From the NCBI GenBank assembly GCA_963813715.1, contig CAWFAK010000008.1, positions 256,001 through 320,000 of the forward strand: a stretch of 64,000 nucleotides of DNA. The letters run 5' to 3'. The stretch is from an uncultured Planctomycetaceae bacterium. GTDB taxonomy: Bacteria; Planctomycetota; Planctomycetia; Planctomycetales; Planctomycetaceae. The translations under genes were made by a program, and so were the position numbers. Below are positions 32,020 to 44,258 of this stretch, piece after piece. How positions within the stretch are numbered: the first letter of the stretch is position 1; every line of letters starts with the position of its first letter. Below the pieces are notes generated by a model. It was given only the letters and a program-made list of their open reading frames with translations, searched no databases and was not told the origin of the DNA.

Positions 32020-33677
32020 TTGAAGATTGCCCTGGCCCAGCTCAATCCGATCGTCGGCGATCTGCACGGCAACTGCGAGTTGGTCCGTGCCGCCGCTGAC
32101 GACGCGCTCGCGCGGGGGCCGACCTGCTCGTCACCTCCGAATTGCTCGTGAGCGGCTATCCCCCAAAGGATTTGTTGTTGCGGGAAGGGTTTGTCGCCGC
32201 CTGCGACCGTGCGATCGACGAGTTGGCCGCCAGCCTGCCGCACGGACTGACCGTAATCGTCGGGCACCCCAGCCATCGCGAAGTTCCCGGCCGCGGCATC
32301 GCCAACGCGGCCAGCGTGCTGGAGCACGGGCGAGTCGCGGCGACCGTCCACAAGATGCTCCTGCCCAATTATGACGTCTTCGACGAGCAGCGTTATTTTC
32401 GCCCCGCCGATCGGGTCGCGCCGGTACGGATCGCCGGGCGTCGATTCGGCCTGCACATCTGCGAAGACGCCTGGTGGGGAGATGAAACGACCACCTACCA
32501 TATCCCGCCGCGCCCACTGCCCGATCCGGTGGCGCTCCTGGCGGAGGCCGGCGTCGACGCGTTCATCAACGTTTCGGCCAGCCCGTTCGAGCTGTCGAAG
32601 CCCGCGCGGCGGCTCGAATTGATCAAGAGACACGTCGCGCGGCATCATCGGCCCTTTCTGTTCGTCAACCAGGTCGGCGGCAACGACGATCTGGTCTTCG
32701 ACGGTCACAGCCTCGTGCTGAACGCGGCGGGCGAGTGTGCGCTGAGTCTGAAGGGCTTTGACAGCGAGCTGGCGTTTTGTGACCTCGACCGTCTGCCCGC
32801 AGTGCCCGCGCCACAGCCGTCGCGGCCCGCGTTGCTCTTGGACGCGCTTGTGCTGGGCCTGCGCGACTACATGCGGAAGAGCGGCTTTCGCGACTGCGTG
32901 CTGGGCGTTTCCGGCGGCATCGACAGTGCGCTCGCCTGTTACATCGCGGCCCGCGCTGTCGGTCCCGAGCACGTTCACGCGCTGCTCATGCCCAGCCGCC
33001 ACAGCAGCGAACACAGCGTGAACGACGCGCGGCAGCTGGCCGCCAACCTGGGCGTCGACGCCGAAGTGATTCCGATCGACGCCATTCATCGGGCTTACGA
33101 AGGGACGGCCGTCGTCGGCGCCGACCTGGCGAGCCAGCCGGGGGGACTCGCCGACCAGAACATCCAGGCCCGCATCCGCGGCGCCTTGGTGATGATCCGA
33201 AGCAATCGCTACGGCTGGCTGGCGCTCGCCACCGGCAACAAGAGCGAGCTGGCGGTCGGCTATTGCACGCTCTACGGCGACATGGCCGGCGGATTTGCCG
33301 TCCTGTGCGACGTCTTCAAGCGCGATGTGTACGCCGTCGCCCGCTACATCAACGAAACCCTCGAAAAACGAGAAGTGATCCCGGCCAGCACCCTCGACAA
33401 AGCGCCGAGCGCCGAGCTGGCTCCGCACCAGTTTGACCAGGACACGCTCCCTCCGTACGACGTGCTTGACGCCATTCTCGAAGGCCTGATCGAGCGCGAA
33501 CTGTCGGTATCGGCTCTCTCCAAACAATTTCCACCTGACACGGTCCGCTGGGTGGCCCGCCAGCTCGACCGCAACGAATTCAAACGCCGCCAAATGCCGC
33601 CGGGCATCAAACTTTCGCAACGCGCGTTCGGCAGCGGCCGCCGCATGCCGATGGCGGCGAAGATCGACTTCACCTAG
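32020..33677 (+). CDS. nadE: Glutamine-dependent NAD+ synthetase (frameshift near 32115)
   Basis: [77 protein letters not shown]. Confidence 0.95.
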
Positions 33678-34004
33678 TCGGACGGCGAGCTGGCGGGTCT
33701 TCCACGCAGGGCTCGAATCGGCCTCAATTCCGGGCTCGCGCGAAGCACTCGGCGCACCCGCACATCTGCACCGCTGCACAAATAGACTCAGTTCGCGTTG
33801 CAGCAATGTCATCCCCAGCCTGCCCGCCGCCGGGAAATGTAAACGAGAATTCGCAATTGACATCAGCGGCTGCTTATTGGACGATCCGCCCCTCACCGAT
33901 CACTCAATTCGGCTCAGCGAAGTCGAAGTTGCGTTCGCCGCGAGCAACGCCATTTCACGGCTACCCAGCCAATACTGCTGCAAGATGCGGCAAATCGGAG
34001 ACCG

Positions 34005-34799
34005 ATGAGCGTCCATCCGACTGCGATTATCGACTCCTTGGCGACCATCGATTCCACGGCGACCGTAGGACCTTATGCGGTGATTGACGGCCCGGTGCGG
34101 ATCGGGCCCGAATGCCGGATCGGGGCGGCGGCCATCATTCTGGGCCACACCGAGATCGGCGCCGGCTGCCAGATTCATTCGCATGCCGTTATTGGCGACC
34201 TTCCTCAGGATCGCGCGTATGAGGGCGGCCCCAGCTTTTGCCGGTTGGGCGAAAACTGCTCCGTGCGGGAGGGGGTCACCATCCATCGCGGTTCCTCGGC
34301 CGATACGGCGACCGTGATCGGCGACAACTGTTTGCTGATGACCAACTGTCACGTCGGCCACAACTGCGAGATTGGAAGCGGGACGGTCCTGGTGAGCGGA
34401 GCACTGCTCGCAGGTTACGTGCAGGTCGGAGCCCGCGCGACCATCTCCGGCAATGCCGCCATTCACCAGTTCGTCCGGATCGGCGAGCTGGCGATGGTCA
34501 GCGGATTGGGGAAGATCGTCCAGGACGTGCCCCCGTTCTTCATGACCGATCGCGAGGGGGCGATCGTCGGCGAGAACCGCGTCGGCCTGATGCGGGCCGG
34601 TTTTACGGCACAGGAACGACAGGAAATCAAGGCGGCCTTCCGCGCGATCTACCGCTGTGGCATGAGTCACCAGGCGGCCATCGAGCACCTGACCGGCTAC
34701 ATCTCGAGCGACGCCGGCCTCCGCTTGCTGGCCTTCCTCAGCGAAAAATCGACGCGCGGCCTCTCCCGCGACGCGTATCGCCTCAAACGGGCAGCCTGA
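34005..34799 (+). CDS. lpxA: UDP-N-acetylglucosamine O-acyltransferase (LpxA family)
   Basis: VHPTAII hexapeptide repeats, PQD, VREGVTIHRG, HVGHNC, IHQFVRIG, QDVPPF. Confidence 0.88.
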   Translation: MSVHPTAIIDSLATIDSTATVGPYAVIDGPVRIGPECRIGAAAIILGHTEIGAGCQIHSHAVIGDLPQDRAYEGGPSFCRLGENCSVREGVTIHRGSSADTATVIGDNCLLMTNCHVGHNCEIGSGTVLVSGALLAGYVQVGARATISGNAAIHQFVRIGELAMVSGLGKIVQDVPPFFMTDREGAIVGENRVGLMRAGFTAQERQEIKAAFRAIYRCGMSHQAAIEHLTGYISSDAGLRLLAFLSEKSTRGLSRDAYRLKRAA

Positions 34800-34865
34800 T
34801 TCTGGCGGTGCCGGTTCGGTCAAACGGCAATCCCGTCCCGGCATTCGAGTCCCGTCCCGCGGTGA

Positions 34866-34945
34866 GTCCAAAGTCCCGTGGTCCAAAGTCCAAAGTCAGG
34901 ATTGCGGGCCCATGATTCTCGACCTTGGACTTTGGACCTTGGACT
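34866..34945. repeat. Heptamer-repeat inverted pair (GTCCAAA tandem / TTGGAC tandem), REP-like
   Basis: gtccaaagtccaaagtc ... gaccttggactttggaccttggact. Confidence 0.65.
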
Positions 34946-35004
34946 AAAACGAGTCTCCCATCTTACCCCCCCTCGCCCGACCACCCGGTCCCGTACATCC
35001 CGGA

Positions 35005-35750
35005 AAGTGTCCGGACCGGATATTTGCCGGTCTGCGCTCGGTAAATCATCGTGTCCCATCCCGCTCTTCTCGTCATCCCCTCGCCCCTCGGGGAGAGGAA
35101 GTGATCAAGATTTGAACAGGGGGCAGCAGAGGTAACAGAGAGGTCAAGGCATTCCGGAGTCTCGATCGCGTGGTCCCGTTCCACCCGGTCCCGTTCTCCC
35201 AAAAGTGTCCGGACCGGATATTTGTCGGTCTGCGCCGGTAAATCAACGAGTCCCGTCCCGGTCTTTGTCTTTCTCCCCTCGCCCCTGGCGGGAGAGCGGC
35301 GGGGGTGAGGGGGCAACGGCGAGGTGCCCGTCTCGGTCCAAGTGAGCTCTAACCAAGCCGGTCTTCTTTGATCCAAGAAGTGTCCGGACCGGATATTTCT
35401 CGGTCTGCGCTCGGTAAATCATCGTGTCCCGTCCCGCTCTTCTCGTCATCCCCTCGCCCCTCGGGGAGAGGAAGTGATCAAGATTTGAACAGGAGGCAAC
35501 AGAGGTAACAGAGAGGTCAAGGCATTGCGGAGCTCGATCGCGTGGTCCCCGGTCCCTTGGTCCCGAAGTGTCCGGACCGGATATTTCTCGGTCTGCACTC
35601 GATAAATCATCGTGTCCCGTCCCACAGGTCCCGACGATTACGGCCAGGTCATTGGGGTCCCGGTCCCGCCTTCCGGCTCGTGAATGTGTCCGGACCGGAC
35701 CTCACGGCCTACTCGAGGGGGGACAGGTCCGCGAATCAATCCCGTCCCAC
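35005..35750. repeat. Array of five spaced copies of a unit of about 57 bp with REP-containing spacers
   Basis: GTGTCCGGACCGGA at 35007, 35205, 35380, 35568 and 35686, usually followed by TATTT..CGGTCTGCGCTCGGTAAATCATCGTGTCCCGTCCC; the segments after copies 1 and 3 are near-identical. Confidence 0.85.
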
Positions 35751-36185
35751 AGTCGCCGCGCTCGAGGTCAGGAGGCAAACCGTCGACATAGCGAGCGGCA
35801 GGGTGAGCTGGACGGATCCCGAGCGGTCCCCACAAAAGCGTCAAAATCGAGCCTACCACGCCGAACGCAATTCGCGAATACCGCGTTTCTACGCGCTCAT
35901 AAACAAGGCCGCAATTTTCCGGTAGCTGGAGAGACGGCTTCCCGAGGGCTTGATCGTTACCAGGGATTCGCGGTTGTCTCTGCCCCGTTGGGGCTGCGGA
36001 GATGCGCAGGTTGCCGCGGCGCTCCAACCACGCAATAGCACGGGACCAATCCTGCGGCGATGCTCGAATGAGACGGGGGCTCCCGCCAAGGCGGATGCCG
36101 CTGCCACCCTGCCGCCGCTGATATCGTCGCGGCATCGGGTTTGGGTGTCGATCCCATGCGAGCGTCCACTCGTCCCAGCACGTGG

Positions 36186-36623
36186 CTAAGCCCGTTGCCA
36201 GACACTCACGATCTTTTTTGTTGGCTTTCGTCCACCAAGGCTGTGAACGAAGTAGTTCCCGGACAGACTCACCAGTGATGACAAAATCTCGGTAGGCAGG
36301 CTGTTTGCGTTTGAGTCGACGCAGGTCTTGTTAAATTTTTGGTTCGCCGCGGCACCGCAGCCACCGCTCCAGTATGCGTCGAAAAAGCGATCAAAGAACT
36401 CATCCTTGTAGGTGCCCTGGTGCCACACGCCGCCAATGCCGATGAGACGCTGCCACGCATAATCCACGATCGCCTTGTAAGCTTCCTCGACACTTACGAA
36501 CAGAGGTTTGTGCCAGGGTCGTCCTACAATCCAGTCCTTGCACTTCTCAAGGACGTGTTCAGGTAACTTATCGGTCGCTCACCACTTTGGTCCCAAATAC
36601 GTAGAAAGTCTGCGACGCGACAT
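36186..36623 (-). pseudogene. Lower-GC orphan ORF (about 130 codons) with a disrupted 5' end
   Basis: The frame DKLPEHVLEKCKDW...VDYAWQRL...VWQRA is open. An in-frame TGA at 36579-36581 separates it from ATG 36623. AT-ending codons are atypical for this window. Confidence 0.35.
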
Positions 36624-36649
36624 TTTTGCCAGCGGTTCGGCGCGACATC

Positions 36650-37673
36650 TCAGTGTTTCTCCGCCTTCTCCCATCTCGGCACCAACTCCATCGTCACCTC
36701 GGTCCCGCGCGGCGGGATGCGTTCGGTCCAGGCTTCGAACAACAAGCCTTCGTCTTGCTTGTCGGTGCTCTTGATGGCCAGGTCGAGCATGGCGTCGGGG
36801 AAGTTGGAGACGCAGATCAGGTCGCCGGCTTCGGCTTCGTAGACCTTGTGCCCCGTCGTCGGGTCGACGTATTCGCCGCTGCCGGGGAAGACCCAGCCGA
36901 CGTCGAGCTGGCGCGATTGGCTTTGGTCGAAGAATGAGCCGATCGCTTTGCGATACGCGGGGTCCTTGCTGAGTGTCAAAAGCTTGTCGCGCTGTTGGGC
37001 GGTCATCGGGCCGAACCAGGCGAGCTGCTTGAACTTTTCAAAGAAGCGAATCGGCAGCGCTTCGTCGTTCTCCGGGAGCTTAAGGCCGGCGGGCAATTGG
37101 TCCATCGTGGCGACGAAGTAGCGGTGCGTCGCGTACCGAATCCATTCCTGCGCCTTCACGCGGTGCCGCTTGCCGTCCGCGTCGGCCCATTGCAGAAAGA
37201 TGTCGATCGGCTGGCCGGTCGGCGGCCGAAAGGTCGGCTGGTACTGGACGGGAGCGCCGGCCTTGGCTCCCAAAGCCGAGCAGCCCCGCGTGAATCACGT
37301 AGGCCCGCCCCTCGACGCCAAGGATCGACTCGTGCTCCTTGGTTTGAGCCGGGCACGCCAGCATTTCGAGAAAGCCTTCCCGCAGGACGACGTGCGTTCT
37401 CACCAGCAACCGCTTGCCGACGCGGTCCAACTGGACGGTTCCCTTGGGATCGAGGGGAATGAGCTGCTCGGCCGTTTTCTTGGTGGCGGCCGCCGTGGCG
37501 CCGGGCGTTGCATCGCTTGCCGGAGGATCGCCGGCGTTAACGGGTGATTGCGTGGCGAGCGCGGAGAGTCCCAGCACGGTTGATACCAGTGCGAGGGCGC
37601 GGAGCCCCCGCGCCGTTTGCATCGGCGCTTGAGCAGAATCGCTGCGGACGAAGTCTTTGAGGCCGCGACGCAT
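36650..37673 (-). CDS. YdjY-domain secreted protein (frameshift near 37275)
   Basis: Signal peptide; LEMLACPAQTKEHESIL, IHAGLL, WVFPGS, GDLICVSNFPDAMLDL, TERIPPRGT. Confidence 0.8.
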
Positions 37674-37676
37674 GGG

Positions 37677-39704
37677 TCACCTTGCCGGCGAAGCCGTCTT
37701 GGGATTTTTGGACGCTGGTTCCTTGAGTTTCTTTTCCGTCAGGTCGCGGATTCGGAGGCGGGCTTCGGCGTCGGCCGGGGCCATGGCGATCACCTTTTGA
37801 TAGGCAGCGATCGACTCCTCGATATGTCCCTGTTCGGACAGGATGTGGGCGATCTGCCTCTGGCATTCTACGTGCTTGGGATCGACTTCCAGTCCCTGCC
37901 GGGCGTAATCGATGGCCTGGTCGTATTGCCGCAACTCGTCGCAGAGCATCGACAGATTGTAGTAGGTCATGGGGTCCTTGGGTTCGATCTCGAGCGCTCG
38001 ATTGAATTCCTTGCGGGCCTCCGCGTACTGGTGCTATTGGCTGAGGATGGTGCCCAGCCCCTCGTGCGGCGAGGCGGAGTCCTCCTTGATTGCGATTGCC
38101 TTGCGATATTCGTTGGCCGCGTCGTCGAGGCGCTTGGCCGCCTGGTAGGCGCTGCCCAGATCGTCGTGCACCAATGCGTCGTCGGGGTCGAGTTGGACGG
38201 CCCGCTCGATGTTTTTGGTCGCGCCTTTGATGTCCTCGCGGACCAAGAGCGCGCAGCCGAGGGCGCTGCGGCTCATGGCGTTGTCTTCGGTCACGGCCAG
38301 AGCGTGCTCGAAGAGCTGGACGTCGTCACCCCAGAGCGCGACCTCTCGAAACCCCAAGAGTCCATAGACGCCGACCGCACTGAGGGCGAGCGCCGCCAAA
38401 ATCCATTGCCGCATGCGACCGCGGCCGGGCAGCAACGATGGGACGAGCCAGGCCACGGCCAGGTAGAGCCCCAACAGGGGCAGGTAAGCGTAGCGATCGG
38501 CCACGCGCTGCTTGCCGATTTGAATCAAGCCGATCAGCGGGAAGAGCGTTCCCAGAAACCAGAGCCAGCCGACGATCAGGTACGGACGCCGCCGCACGTT
38601 GACGACCGCGACCACGCTCGCCGCCACCAGAAACGTCGCGGGAATCAACACGCCGATCGGCCGCAGGCGCTCGAGCGGATGCGGGTAGAAGATCGCCAGG
38701 TCCAGCGGCACGAGCGCCTTCCACGCGTACCAGCCGTACGCCCAGATGGAGTTCAAAACCCGCGCGGAAAACGGGACGGCGGCCAAACTGCGAATGCCGC
38801 CCTCCGCCTGTGCCAAAACGGCCAGCACGCTGAAGCCGGCCACGAGCAGAAACAACGGAATCTTCTCCGCCACCAGGTGACGCAGGTCGGCACGCAGTTG
38901 CGACAGGCCGTCCGACTGTCCGAATCGCCCCAGCGGCCAATAGTCCAGGAGCAAAAACACGCACGGCAGCGTGACAAAGGTTTGCTTCGCCATCAGGCTG
39001 AGCGCGAGACAAACAAACGCCGCGATGTACCGCGAGCGCCGGTGGTTGTGGGCATAGCTGACGTAGGCCCACAGCGAGAGCAGGCCGAAGAACGTGCACA
39101 AAACGTCCTTCCGCTCGGTGATCCAGGCCACCGATTCGACGTGCAGCGGGTGGACGGCGAAGATCGCGGCGACGAACGCGCTCGGCCCCGCACGGCCCGT
39201 CATCCGCGTGAAGATGATAAAGACCAACAGCACGTTGGCCGCGTGCAACAGCACGTTCGTCACGTGGTAGCCGTCGGGCCAGTTTTTATAGATCGTGGCG
39301 TCGAGCATCAGCGACAGCCACGTGAGCGGAATCCAGTTGGAGTCGTTGAACTGGGTGAACGCCCATTTGAGGCCCGACAATTTCAATCCGTCGAGCACGT
39401 AGCGATTCCATTTCACGTACGACGGATCGTCGAGGATGATGAAATCGAAGCCACAGACCTGGAAGTAGACGCCCAAGGTTAGCGCCAGAAGCAGTGCCCC
39501 GAGCAGGAAGTTCGACCGCAACCGGGGCTTGCGCAACGGTGCCGACTGTCGATCGGCCACCGGCGGAGCGGGCGTAACGGCGGCCACGCCGGGCGCTGCG
39601 TCGAGCGGCGGAGTCGCAGCGGACTCAAGCGGTGCACTTGTCGGCGACGGCAATTCGGCGCCGGCGGGCTCGCGACTGCGGGTCAGTCCAAAATTCAATC
39701 GCAA
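37677..39704 (-). CDS. TMTC-like GT-C membrane glycosyltransferase with C-terminal TPRs (frameshift near 38035)
   Basis: FIILDDPSYV, WIPLTWLS, YHVTNVLLH, FAVHPLHVESVAWITERKDVL, ADRYAYLP, then TPR repeats. Confidence 0.88.
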
Positions 39705-39802
39705 GCCGACACCTGGAGGAACAACGCGGACGCCAAGAATTCGCTGCGCGTCGAAAAGAAGTTCGAGCGCACGGGCCGGACACGGCGAATTCCGCAGCCG
39801 CC

Positions 39803-41262
39803 TTAAGCCATGATATCACGCACGACGGTGCCGGAAACGTCCGTCATGCGGTAGTCGCGCCCGGCGTAGCGATAGGTCAGCCGCGTGTGGTCGAACCCCA
39901 GCAGCGCCAGCATGGTGGCGTGCAGGTCGTGGACGTGGACCCGGTTTTCGACCGCGCGGTAGCCGAAATCGTCGGTCGCCCCGTAGGTCATCCCCCCTTT
40001 GACCCCGCCGCCGGCCAGCCAGACGCTGAAACCCCAGTGATTGTGGTCGCGGCCGAACAGCGGGTTGCCGGTGCCGGCCTGGCCCAGCTCGACGGCCGGC
40101 GTGCGGCCGAACTCGCCGCCGCACAACACGAGCGTTTCCTCCAGCAGGCCCCGCTGCTTGAGGTCGGTGAGCAGGGCGGCAATCGGCTGGTCGCACTGAC
40201 CGGCCAGCTCGCGGTGGTTTTGCTCGAGCTGCGAGTGGGCGTCCCAGGGCTGCACATCGCCATGGTAAAGCTGCACAAAGCGGACGCCCCGTTCGATGAG
40301 GCGGCGGGCGATCAACAACTGGCGGGCCTGCACGCCCGGGCCGTACATCTCCTGGATGTGCTTGGGCTCGCGGGTGACGTCGAACGCGTCGGTGGCGGCC
40401 GTCTGCATGCGGAAGGCCAGCTCGAACGACTCGATCCGCGCTTCGAGCCCCGGTTCGTCCGCCCGCGACTGCTGGTGACGACGATTGAGCGCGGCCAGCA
40501 GGTCGAGCTGCCGCCGCTGGGCGGACTGCGTCAGGGCCGGGTTGCGAATGTTGTCGATCAACTCGTCGACTACGGGTCTTTCGCGTATCGATGTAGGTGC
40601 CCTGAAAGGCCCCCGGCAGAAAGGCCGAGCGCCAGTTGGAGACGTCCGAAACCGGCAGCCCCGGGCACATGGCGATGAAGCCGGGCAGGTTCTGGTTGTC
40701 GGTCCCCATGCCGTACAAGAGCCACGAGCCGAAGCTGGGCCGCGAGAGCCGTTCGTCGCCCGTGTTCATCAGCCGCATCGACTGCTCGTGATTGGGGGTG
40801 TTGCAATACATCGAGCGGATGACGCAGATGTCGTCGGCGTGTCGGGCCGTCTTGTCGAAGATCTCGCTGAACTCCAGCCCGCTTTCCCCGTAGCGACGGA
40901 AGCGAAACGGCGAGGGGAGGGCGGCGCCGGTCGGCCGCTCCGTGCTGAGGTTGCCCGACCGGCAGCCGCTGCCCGGCATACCGCGCGAGGGCCGGCTTGG
41001 GATCGAACGTGTCGACCTGCGAGGGCCCGCCGTTGAGATAAATGTGGATGACGTGCTTGGCCCGTGCCGGGAAAGTGCGGCCCGCTTCGGCGCCTGCGGA
41101 CAAGTCGCTCCCCTGGGCCGTCGACCCGAGCACGCCCGCATCGCCGAGCAAGCCGACCAGCCCGAGCATTCCCAGGCCGGTTCCCGTTTTGGCCAACAGC
41201 TCACGGCGAGACAGAAGATCTCGTCCCAGCGTCGCATTCTTGAGGAGAGAGGAGGGGAGCAT
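39803..41262 (-). CDS. DUF1501 domain protein with Tat-like signal (frameshifts near 40955 and 40570)
   Basis: LSRRELL, AKHVIHIYLNGGPSQVDTFDPKP, ARRLIERGVRFVQL, WDAH, GEFGRTP, GRDH, HVHDLHAT. Confidence 0.92.
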
Positions 41263-41286
41263 CCGATGGTCTCGCTCGCGGACGGT

Positions 41287-44258
41287 TCAATCGACGAACA
41301 TAAACTCGTTCGACGCTAACAACACTTGCGCGTATTGGGCCCACGCGTCGAGCCTGGCCTTGGCATCGCGTTCTTGCTCGCCCAGAGGCTTATCAGCGGC
41401 AGATCGTGGCGGCGTCGGCCTGGACCGCGTCGACGAAGTGCAGGGCCAGTTCGGTTTCGGTTTCGTCGGGTCGGCGCGCGAGAACGAGCTGGTACAAGCT
41501 CTCGACGCGGTCAGTCGGCGACAGCCGGCCCGCGACCTGCCGGACGATTGGCCAGCGAGCGGGCTTGCTCGAGCATGAAGGGCGAGTTCATCGCGAACAG
41601 CGCCTGCTGCGGCACCGTGGTCTGCGGCCGCCGTTCGGCCGATTGGTCCGGATTGGCAAAATCGAACGCGCGGTGGAAGCCGGGCAAGTGCTGACGATCG
41701 ACCAGTCCATAAATCGTGCGGCGGCCGGCAGCTGCGGATCGCCGACGATGTCGATCGCGCGGCCGAAGAGCGTGGGGTCGAGCCGGCCGGAGACCGCCAG
41801 CATCGAATCGCGCATGGCTTCCATGTCGAGCCGCTGTCGATTGAAGCGCCACACAGCCGATTTTCCGGATCGATCCGCCGGCAATCGGGACGGTCGGCAC
41901 TCGACTGCTGATAGGCGGCCGATAGCACGATCCGCCGGTGCAGGCTCTTGATCGACCAGTTGTCGGCCATGAACGTCGCAGGCCAGGTGATCGAGCAGCT
42001 CGGGATTGCGTGGGCGGCGTGGCCCGCACGCCGAAATCGCTGGGCGACTGCACCAGCGGGTCGCCGAAATGATTCATCCAGACGCGGTTGACGAAGACGC
42101 GGGCGGTGAGCGGGTTCTCGCGCGAGGCGATGGCCCGCGCCAGATCGAGCCGTCCGCTGCCGTGCGCAAAGGGCCGCTGGCGATCGCCGGCCAAAACTCG
42201 CAGGAATTGTCGCGGCACGTGCTCGCCCGGTTGGGCCGCATTGCCGCGCACGAAGATCCGCGGGTTGCAGAGACTGGCCGCGTCGTTGACGACCATCGCC
42301 CGAGGCGGAGTCGCCCGCGACTTGACGGCCACCCGATCGAGCTCGAGCTGCAGACGGTGATACCGATCCCGCTCGACTCGCGACATATAGAGGTAAGCGT
42401 TGCTCCGCGGGAACCAGGCTGGCCCCTCCGAACCGGCCAAAATGTCGAGCAACTGCTGCCGAGCCGGATTGTCCGATGCAACCTGGGACCCGATCTTCGC
42501 GGCGGGCGGCTCTTTCGCTTCCTGTTTGGCCTCGGCGTAGGCCTTACGAAATGCGTCGCTGTAAATCCGCGCGACGTCCGCCTTGCTGTGCAGTTCGGTG
42601 CGGGCCAACTCGTCGGCAATCAGCGGATTGAGCTGCCCGGGGGCAGTGCCGCGCGAGAGGCCGAGCCAGTGCTTGGCAATCGCGGGCGCACTCGATTCAA
42701 AGTCGGCGTCGGCCGGCCGCATGAAGTCGCCCCAGGCACCGAAGACCGGGTCTCCGGCCGACGACCGCCGGGCCACATACCGCCGCCAGCGGCCGACGAT
42801 CTGCGGACGCAGCTGGTGCGGGGAGAGCGACATGAAGAAGACGGCGTCTTCGTTCGGATCGGGACGCGTCGTCGCGACGGCCAGCAGGTAATCGCCGACC
42901 TGGCGGCGGGCCTCCTCCGTCTGCTCGTGAAACTGCGTGTCGACGTGCTCCTGAAATTCACGCTCCTTCGCGGCGAACTTTTCGCGGAACTCGGCCACGG
43001 CCGGCGTCGCGGCAGTCTGGCCCATGAGCGGAAGCTCGGCCGGCTCCTCGCTGCTGGCGAAGACGCCGTACAGCCCGTAATAGTCGGCCTGGCTGATCGC
43101 GTCGTACTTGTGATCGTGGCAGCGGGCACAGGCAACGGTCAGTCCGAGCAGGCCGCGGGACACCGTGTCGATGCGATCGTCGTACTCATCGTTCAGGTTG
43201 TAGTCGAAGAGCCGGCCCAGCGTGAGAAAGCCCATCGCCGCCAGCCGCCACGACTCGTCTTTGCCGGCCGTCTGGTCGGCGGCCAGTTGATCGGTGATGA
43301 AGCGATCGTAGGGGACGTCGGCGTTGAAGGCCTTCGTGACGTAGTCGCGATACGTGTACGCGTACGGACGAATCGCGTCGTCGCCGAAAACGAGCACCAG
43401 GTCCTTCGTGTCGGCGTAGCGGGCGACGTCCAGCCAGTGGCGGCCCCAGCGCTCGCCATAGTGGGGCGACGCCAGCAGCCGGTCGACGACCTTCTCGTAA
43501 GCCCGCGGCGAATCGTCGTTGACGAACGCTTCGACTTCGCCGATAGGTCGGCGGCAGCCCGATCAAGTCGAGCGAGACGCGACGCAACAGCGTACGCCGA
43601 TCGGCGGCCGGCGCGGGCGTTAACCCGCGGGCCTCGAGACGTGCCAGCACGAAGCGATCGATCTCGTTGTTGGTCCACGCGGCGTGCTGCACTGCGGGCA
43701 CCGCCGGATTGCGGACCGGCTGATAGGCCCAATGCTTGCGAGCTGCGGCAAAGTCGATCGTCCGCTTCTTCTGCCGCTCGGGGACGCGGCAGAATCACTG
43801 TCCGGCCGATCGCGCGGATCGGGCGCTCCCAGTTTCACCCAATGTTCGACGTCGGCGATCGCGGACGACGGGAGCTTGCCCTTGGGAGGCATTTCGTGGT
43901 CTTCATACCGCAGCGCCCGCACGAGCAGGCTGCCCTGGGGATCGCCGGGGACGATGGCCGGCCCCGACTCGCCGCCCTGTCGCAGCGCGTCGCGGCTATC
44001 GAGCCGCAGCTTGCCTTCAATTTTCTTGGCCTGGCCGGAATGGCACTCGTAGCAGTTCTTGACCAACAGCGGGCGAATCCGCGCCTCGAAGAATTCGATG
44101 CCGGCGTCAGTCGACGCGGCTGGCATGGGTGCCGCCAATGTCGGAGCGGCCAAACACCGAACCAACCCGGCGACCGCGAGCGCGGCCCAAATGCGTCGGG
44201 GGCGTCCGCATCCTGGGACGGTGCTGCCAATGGAAGGCTTCGTGCCAAAGAGAAGCAC
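41287..44258 (-). CDS. PSD1 / planctomycete cytochrome c protein (DUF1549 + DUF1553), several frameshifts
   Basis: FFEARIRPLL..CYECH, IDRFVLARL, LLRRVSLDLIGLPP, CARCHDHKYD, GSGRLDLA, RVFVNRVW, TTVPQQALF, LLASNEFMFVD, spread over several frames. Confidence 0.9.

Noticed and set aside
34963..35449. ORFs over the repeat array (…KYPVRTL… peptides)
   Set aside because: Repeat copies fall in different frames with indels, so the peptide similarity is a by-product of DNA repeats
35005..35750. CRISPR array
   Set aside because: The repeat is about 57 bp, spacers are 60-140 bp and uneven, two spacers are near-identical, and no cas genes are present
36579..36581. Selenocysteine or readthrough at an in-frame TGA
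   Set aside because: No clear SECIS hairpin or redox motif; an indel or decay is simpler
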